From positions 14,456 to 78,455 of the forward strand of contig CAIJQQ010000054.1 of NCBI GenBank assembly GCA_903822825.1: DNA of 64,000 nt. Direction: 5' to 3'. Made by a program: the position numbers and the translations under genes. This DNA comes from an uncultured Burkholderiales bacterium. Its GTDB lineage: Bacteria; Pseudomonadota; Gammaproteobacteria; Burkholderiales; Burkholderiaceae_C. Positions 57,931-64,000 of the stretch are shown here, one piece after another (position 1 is the first letter of the stretch; the number at the start of each line of letters is the position of its first letter). Below the pieces are notes generated by a model that had not been told where the DNA came from, did no database searches, and saw nothing but the letters and a program-made list of their open reading frames with translations.

Positions 57931-59697
57931 ATGGCCCTTATCAAATCACGCCGCCGCTTTTTGACCAACACGGCAGGCTCTGCCGGCGCGTTGGCATTGG
58001 CCGCTTGCGGGTCGTCTTCTGTGACACCTGCACAGTTTCTGTATGGTGTTGCCAGTGGCGACCCGCTGTCAGACCGCGTGATTTTGTGGACCCACGCCAA
58101 AGTCAAAGACCAAAACAACGATGTGGTTTTGAATTGGCAAGTGGCCAAGGAAGCCACCTTCACCAACATCGTCAGCGCTGGCACCGTCAAAGCCACCGCC
58201 AGCACCGGGTTCACAGCCAAAGTCGACGCCACCGGACTGACGGCAGGCACGACTTACTTCTACCGATTCACCGACAACTCGGGCACGAACTCGGTGGTCG
58301 GCACCACACGCACGCTGCCCGCATCGACCGCCACAGCGGTGAAGTTTGCTGTGTTCTCCTGCACGCTGTACTCCGAAGGCTTCTTCAACAGCTACGACGC
58401 CGCCACAACCTCGGGCGCTGAATATGCACTGCACTTGGGCGACTACATCTATGAGTACGGCGCGGATCCCAGCAAATTTGGCAACACCGATGCCGTCAAA
58501 CTGGGCCGGGTGACCAGCCCTGCCAATGACATCGTGTCTCTGGACGACTACCGCACACGGTATGCCAAGTACCGCTCGGATGCGTCGCTGCAAGCACTGC
58601 ACGCCAAAATGCCTTGGATCACCATTTGGGATGACCATGAGTTCGCGAACAACGCCTACATGGACGGCGCAGAAAACCACAACCCCGCCACCCAAGGCGC
58701 ATGGATAGACCGCAAAAACACAGCGGCACGTGTGTACCACGAGTGGATGCCCATCCGCACCCCCGACGCAAACAACCTGTTCAAGATTTACCGCAACTTT
58801 GACTTCGGCACCCTGTTCAGCCTGCACATGCTGGACACCCGCATTGAAGGCCGCACCAAACAGAAATACGGTTATTACGGCGACCCTCAGGATGCCCGCG
58901 TTCAGCCCTACACATACGCCGATTACTTTGCAGGTCTGACGCCTGTCAACGGCGTGTATCCCGATGCCGCTAACAAGATGATGAGCGATGCGCAGCTGAG
59001 TTGGTTGACCAGCAACATCAAAAATTCCACGGCCACCTGGCAGATCGTGGGCAACCAGGACATCATGGCCAAAATGTGGTTCCCCTTGAGCGTGGTCCAG
59101 GCACAAACGGTGAGCGGCGCTGCATTTGGCGCTGCTTTGAATGACTACCTCACCGCCAAAGCCACCAAGGCCATCGCACCTGCGGCATTGACCCCCACCC
59201 AACAAGGCATTTTGGGCGCACCCCGGCTGCCTTACAACCTGGACTCTTGGGACGGCTACCCCATTCAGCGCGAAACCCTGCTGCAAACCGTCAAGGCCAC
59301 GGGCAAGAAATTGGTTGTGTTGTCAGGCGACTCGCACAACGCTTGGTGCAACGACCTCAAATCGCTGGATGGCAGCAGCACGATCGGCGTTGAATTCGCC
59401 ACAACTTCGGTGACGGCACCCGGCTTTGAAAGCGTGGGACTGGGCAGCTTGGGTCCTTATGTGGACGGCAGCGGCAACCCCGCTTCGCAAGGCGCATTCG
59501 GAACAGGCTTGGGCTTGATCGACGATGTGAATTTTGCCGACTTGAACCGCCGCGGTTACTTGTTGATGACGGTGACCAATGCCGACATCAAAGGCGAATT
59601 CGTCTTCATGGACACCGTCAAATCCAGCACCTACAAAGCCAGCGTCGGCAAATCGGTCACGGTGGCGGCTGCCACTTTGAAGCGCACTTTTTCTTGA
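57931..59697 (+). CDS. phoD: Alkaline phosphatase D, Tat-exported lipoprotein
   Basis: SRRRFL plus LAAC; GVASGDP, HLGDYIYE, WDDHE, LDTR, DSWDGY, SGDSH. Confidence 0.93.
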   Translation: MALIKSRRRFLTNTAGSAGALALAACGSSSVTPAQFLYGVASGDPLSDRVILWTHAKVKDQNNDVVLNWQVAKEATFTNIVSAGTVKATASTGFTAKVDATGLTAGTTYFYRFTDNSGTNSVVGTTRTLPASTATAVKFAVFSCTLYSEGFFNSYDAATTSGAEYALHLGDYIYEYGADPSKFGNTDAVKLGRVTSPANDIVSLDDYRTRYAKYRSDASLQALHAKMPWITIWDDHEFANNAYMDGAENHNPATQGAWIDRKNTAARVYHEWMPIRTPDANNLFKIYRNFDFGTLFSLHMLDTRIEGRTKQKYGYYGDPQDARVQPYTYADYFAGLTPVNGVYPDAANKMMSDAQLSWLTSNIKNSTATWQIVGNQDIMAKMWFPLSVVQAQTVSGAAFGAALNDYLTAKATKAIAPAALTPTQQGILGAPRLPYNLDSWDGYPIQRETLLQTVKATGKKLVVLSGDSHNAWCNDLKSLDGSSTIGVEFATTSVTAPGFESVGLGSLGPYVDGSGNPASQGAFGTGLGLIDDVNFADLNRRGYLLMTVTNADIKGEFVFMDTVKSSTYKASVGKSVTVAAATLKRTFS

Positions 59698-59730
59698 GTT
59701 CTTTCCAACCACTTCATTTTTTTAACCATC

Positions 59731-62259
59731 ATGAAAAAAAATGCCTTTTCCAATTTCAAACCCCATGCACTGAATTTCGCCATCCGTGCATTGATGCAAG
59801 GCGGTGTGATCACCGCGGGTTTAGTCGGTGTTTCGGCCATGGCCCAAACGACCAACACAACAACCGCAAGTGCAGCAACAAGCGAAGCAAACTCTGGCGA
59901 TACCGTGATCGTGACCGGTCGTGCAGGTTCTGGCTTGCGCACGAAAATCAATACCAGCTACTCCATCACCACAATCGATGAAGAGTCGCTGCGCATGCAG
60001 GCACCTACCTCGGTGACTGAAGCCATGAAGTCTGTACCCGGTTTCTGGGTTGAAGCTTCAGGGGGTGAAGCTTCAGGCAACATCCGCGCACGTGGAATTC
60101 CAGTTGATGGATTTGGCTCTGTGACACTTCTGGAAGACGGCATTCCTGTCCAGCACGACCCGGCTCTGGGTTACCTCAACGGCGACCAAGCCTTCCGCTT
60201 GGACGAAACCATTGACCGCATTGATGTGGTTCGCGGTGGTCCCTCTTCCATCCTTTACAGCAACGCGCCCGCTGGTGCGATCAACTTTCGCAGCCGTGAA
60301 ATTGGCGACAAAGCTGCAGGGTCGATCAAGCAAACATTGGGGGACTATGGCCTGACCCGCACAGACTTTTGGGTTTCCTCGCCGCTGAGCAATGGCTGGG
60401 GTGCAAGCTTAGGCGGTTTTTACCGGGCTGACCACGGCGTCCGCAATCCTGGTTTTTCTCCAGAACACGGCGGACAACTGCGACTTCGCCTGACCAAAGA
60501 AATTGAAAACGGTCGAATCACCATTGACGCCAAGAAGCTCGATGACACCGTGCCTTTGTATTTGGGTATCCCAATGCGCACTTACGCCGATGGCTCTATC
60601 AAGGCCATCCCAGGTTTCGATGGCAACTACGGCACAGTGGCTGGCCCTCAAACCCAAATATCGAACATGAAAATGGCCAACGGCGCCAACTACAAATTTG
60701 ACAATGCAGAAGGCACGCATGTCAATCGCAACCAGTTCAACGTCAAATTTGATAAAGCGCTGGACAACGGCTGGCGCATCAACGACTCCTTCCGCTACTC
60801 GAGCACCGATACCACCCGCAATGGCGTGTTCCCCAACGGGCTGTACAGCACATCCACCTTCCTCGCGGGCAATGCTTCTAATCTGAACCGATTGCCAGGG
60901 GCTACCTCACTGGGTCTCGAGATGGCCAACCAGCCGGGCACAAAATACGTTGACCCCAATGGCCTGATGATTGTTGGCGGACTGCGCGGCTTGACATTGC
61001 CAGTGACCGAAACAGTCAACGATCTGCGCATCAATCGCCAATTTGATCTTGGCGGTCAAAAACACGACGTCACCGCAGGCTTCTATTTGGCTAATTTCGA
61101 GCAGAAATTTAACCGGTATTCTTCGACCGTACTTTTGGGTGCACAAAGCCAAGCGCCTGTGCTTGACCTGGTCGGTTATGACGCGACTGGCAAAAAAATC
61201 GGCGCCCTCACAGACAAGGGCATTTACCGTTACGGCTACGAGTGGGCCAACGCCAGCGGCAAATCAGCGACCCAAGCGTATTACCTGCTGGACGAATGGC
61301 AAGTCGACGATAAGTTGCGCCTCGATGGTGGTTTGCGCTACGAGAAAGTCAATGTCAAGGGAACAACCGAGCGGACCCAATCGGTCGACATGGGCAGCTA
61401 TGCGACCTCCAACATGCTGATCGGCACGGGCATTTTTGACGCATACGACAAGACTTTTGACAAAACCGCCTACACACTGGGCGCGAATTATCAACTGGAA
61501 AAAAACTCCGGTGTTTTTGGACGTTGGACGCAGGCATTCCGTTTGCCTAACCTGAGCTCTTTCATCACCAGCCCAACGGCGACACCCATCACCCAAACCA
61601 TGGATTTGGGTGAAGTGGGCTACAAGTACCGCGGCTTGAATTTCGATTTGTATTCCACCTTGTTCTACACCAAATACAACAATGTGGCCTACACCAACTA
61701 CGTGTTCACTTTGAACAATTCAAGCTCTACGGCTCAAACGGGTTACGCCAACACCAAGACATTGGGCTTGGAACTCGAAGGCAAAGCCTATTTGAGCAAT
61801 TGGGCAGATTTGGGTTTCACTGCGACCTTGCAGGACCCCAAGTACGACAACCTCACTTACACAGACAAAGTCAGCAACCAGCCTGTTGTGCGTGATTACA
61901 AAGGCAATCAGCTCATTCGAGTTCCCAAAACAAGCTACCGATTGGTGCCAGGCGTGAACCTGATGGAAGGCAAATTGCGTTTGCAAGTGGCCTACGAATT
62001 TGAAGGAGCACGCTTTGTGGATGCTGCCAACACGGTGCGCTTGCCAGGCTATTCGGTGTTCAACTTCTCTGGCCGCTACCAGTTCAACAAGCAAACATCG
62101 GTGTTTGCCTATGTTGATAACTTGACCAACTCGCAAGGTTTGACTGAGGGCAACCCTCGCGCAGGCGAACTGCAAAGCGCAGACGCACTGGCCAACACTT
62201 TCATAGCCCGTCCTTTGCTTGGACGCACTGTTCGTGTGGCACTGAAATACGATTTTTGA
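59731..62259 (+). CDS. TonB-dependent receptor
   Basis: TonB box DTVIVTG, plug IRARG...RIDVVRGG, NLTN, C-terminal YDF. Confidence 0.92.
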   Translation: MKKNAFSNFKPHALNFAIRALMQGGVITAGLVGVSAMAQTTNTTTASAATSEANSGDTVIVTGRAGSGLRTKINTSYSITTIDEESLRMQAPTSVTEAMKSVPGFWVEASGGEASGNIRARGIPVDGFGSVTLLEDGIPVQHDPALGYLNGDQAFRLDETIDRIDVVRGGPSSILYSNAPAGAINFRSREIGDKAAGSIKQTLGDYGLTRTDFWVSSPLSNGWGASLGGFYRADHGVRNPGFSPEHGGQLRLRLTKEIENGRITIDAKKLDDTVPLYLGIPMRTYADGSIKAIPGFDGNYGTVAGPQTQISNMKMANGANYKFDNAEGTHVNRNQFNVKFDKALDNGWRINDSFRYSSTDTTRNGVFPNGLYSTSTFLAGNASNLNRLPGATSLGLEMANQPGTKYVDPNGLMIVGGLRGLTLPVTETVNDLRINRQFDLGGQKHDVTAGFYLANFEQKFNRYSSTVLLGAQSQAPVLDLVGYDATGKKIGALTDKGIYRYGYEWANASGKSATQAYYLLDEWQVDDKLRLDGGLRYEKVNVKGTTERTQSVDMGSYATSNMLIGTGIFDAYDKTFDKTAYTLGANYQLEKNSGVFGRWTQAFRLPNLSSFITSPTATPITQTMDLGEVGYKYRGLNFDLYSTLFYTKYNNVAYTNYVFTLNNSSSTAQTGYANTKTLGLELEGKAYLSNWADLGFTATLQDPKYDNLTYTDKVSNQPVVRDYKGNQLIRVPKTSYRLVPGVNLMEGKLRLQVAYEFEGARFVDAANTVRLPGYSVFNFSGRYQFNKQTSVFAYVDNLTNSQGLTEGNPRAGELQSADALANTFIARPLLGRTVRVALKYDF

Positions 62260-62309
62260 GTCTAGAAATCATTCAGATCCATACAGACAATAATTGAGAA
62301 AATTGAACA

Positions 62310-62339
62310 GGGGCTTGTCTTTGGACAAGCCCCATTTTT
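62310..62339 (+). terminator. Stem-loop/terminator after TonB receptor
   Basis: GGGGCTTGTC-TTTG-GACAAGCCCC followed by ATTTTT. Confidence 0.7.
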
Positions 62340-62352
62340 ATTGAAGGAACTT

Positions 62353-63825
62353 ATGACCCGCATACTCTTGATTGCCGTGATGCTTTGGACATTACCGGTC
62401 AGGGCCAGCCAGCCTGATCTGGTTTTGAAGGGCCATTTGACAAATTCAAACCATCAAACATACATCCAAGTGCCTTTTGATGTGCCTCAGCAAACTCAGC
62501 GGATCACAGTCAAATTTGACTACAGCGGAAAGCAAGAACGAAGCGTGATCGATTTGGGGTTGACAGGACCTGATGGTCGTTTGTTGGGTTGGAGCGGGGG
62601 CAACAAAAGCGAGTTCACCATCAGCGCCGTCGACGCCACCCCGTCCTATATCCCCACCCCCATCCACGCGGGACGCTGGCATTTGTTGTTAGGCATACCC
62701 AATTTGAGGAAAATGTCTTCGTCTGATTACGAAGCACACATATTCTTTTCGAAAACATTGGGGGCCAGCGATGAACCCGATGTGATTTCAAAACCACTGA
62801 AAGCCCAAGCAGGTTGGTACAGGGGTGATTTTCATGCCCACACAGCGCACAGTGACGGAAGCTGTAACCGATGGAACAGCTCTGAAAAAGTACCGTGCCC
62901 TGTTTTTGTGACAGCTCTGGCAGCTGCAAAGCGCGGACTGGACTTCATGGCCATCACCGATCACAACACGCTGTCTCATGCACATTCTGTTCGAGAGCTT
63001 CAACCCTATTTCAATCCTATGCTGCTGCTTGTTGGGCGAGAAATCACGACATTTTTTGGGCACGCCAATGTGTTCGGCACATTGGCCGATATCAATTTTC
63101 AGGTTGTCAGTCAGGAAAGCGATTCAAACAGACTGCTGCAAGATGTGGCAGCTCAAAAAGGTTTGATCTCAATTAATCACCCTGTTCGTCCCAGTGGTGA
63201 GCTTTGCATGGGCTGTGGCTGGAACAATCAAACCGATTGGAAGAAAGTACAGGCGATTGAGGTCGTCAATGGCGCGGATGTGGATACGATTTTTTCCGGC
63301 GTGCCCTTTTGGCACTCACAACTCAATGCAGGCCATTACATCACCGGAATTTCCGGGAGTGACAATCATCAGCCAGATCAAGAAAAACCAAATTACACAG
63401 GCAGAGTGGGACAACCCAGCACAGTGGTTTTTGCCTCTGAGTTATCACAAAACGCCATCATCAATGCCGTTCGCCAAGGTCATGCATTCATCGACATCAC
63501 AGGTTCCAATGACAAATTACTGGAGATAACAGCACAGTCAAGTGGGGGCGAAAAAGCCATGATGGGCGACCGCCTTCAGGCTGCAAAAGGAACAAACATC
63601 CAACTAAGGATCCAAGTCAAAAATGCGGCAGGTAGCAATGTGCAATTGTGGAAGGATGGCAAGAAATGGAGTCTTGATTTAGACAATCACATCACCCGCA
63701 ATGATCAGACGATTGAAACGTCATGGTCCTTCGATGGAGATGCACATTGGTTGCGGGCCGATGTGCAGGATCAGTCAGGCAAAACCATCATGATTGGCAA
63801 TCCCATTTACCTGCACTCAAAGTGA
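62353..63825 (+). CDS. Secreted PHP-domain metallohydrolase (CehA/McbA-like)
   Basis: Signal peptide; WYRGDFHAHTAHSDG, AITDHN, GHAN, INHP, GSDNH, NPIY. Confidence 0.85.
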   Translation: MTRILLIAVMLWTLPVRASQPDLVLKGHLTNSNHQTYIQVPFDVPQQTQRITVKFDYSGKQERSVIDLGLTGPDGRLLGWSGGNKSEFTISAVDATPSYIPTPIHAGRWHLLLGIPNLRKMSSSDYEAHIFFSKTLGASDEPDVISKPLKAQAGWYRGDFHAHTAHSDGSCNRWNSSEKVPCPVFVTALAAAKRGLDFMAITDHNTLSHAHSVRELQPYFNPMLLLVGREITTFFGHANVFGTLADINFQVVSQESDSNRLLQDVAAQKGLISINHPVRPSGELCMGCGWNNQTDWKKVQAIEVVNGADVDTIFSGVPFWHSQLNAGHYITGISGSDNHQPDQEKPNYTGRVGQPSTVVFASELSQNAIINAVRQGHAFIDITGSNDKLLEITAQSSGGEKAMMGDRLQAAKGTNIQLRIQVKNAAGSNVQLWKDGKKWSLDLDNHITRNDQTIETSWSFDGDAHWLRADVQDQSGKTIMIGNPIYLHSK

Positions 63826-63867
63826 TTTGTCCACTTGAATTCAGATACCTTGATCAACTACTGAACA

Positions 63868-63902
63868 TTGACGACCATGGCCCATGAGGTCATGGCCGTC
63901 AA
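63868..63902. terminator. Imperfect hairpin after PHP gene
   Basis: TTGACGACCATGGCC..GGTCATGGCCGTCAA. Confidence 0.4.
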
Positions 63903-64000
63903 CATTGATTGGGCCCGGGGATGACTTAGCTGGTTGAACGGCGGCGATCCCTTGGTCGGCGACTGATTTGCGAACCTCAGGGTGGAAAGTGGAAAGTGGA

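Noticed and set aside
63982-64000. GTGGAAA heptamer repeat at the window edge
   Set aside because: Truncated at under three copies, so extent and meaning cannot be assessed.

Overview
GC-rich betaproteobacterial chromosome segment; gene content and style suggest Comamonadaceae, possibly Limnohabitans-like (inference). About 53 protein-coding genes; no rRNA, tRNA, CRISPR array, phage or transposase seen. In order: amidase/MlrC/dipeptide-ABC module, rhodanese, branched-chain amino acid ABC, icmF with a LiuR-type operator, BKACE, two tandem PhoA phosphatases plus a His-rich secreted protein, amn, gshB, porin, YafJ, MFS, glcB, HMG-CoA-lyase-like, LysR, a four-gene lgm-like lipid A aminosugar locus, argS-SPOR-dsbA-lptAB-rpoN-rlmL-PIN-yecA, a MarR-associated catabolic cluster (NicX-like dioxygenase, alpha/beta hydrolase, atypical ACAD, CoA ligase, Bug, fluoroacetate-dehalogenase-like, flavin reductase), SET protein, NPP, amidase, phoD, and an AT-richer TonB receptor + PHP hydrolase. 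The most striking observation is a GTAG/GTGG REP family (12 copies, 3 clusters). One 189-bp cluster lies in frame inside the N-terminus of the alpha/beta hydrolase and encodes 14-aa CGSDA repeats; another doublet supplies a stop codon and possibly a -10 box. All functional calls come from motif recognition by eye, not database searches.
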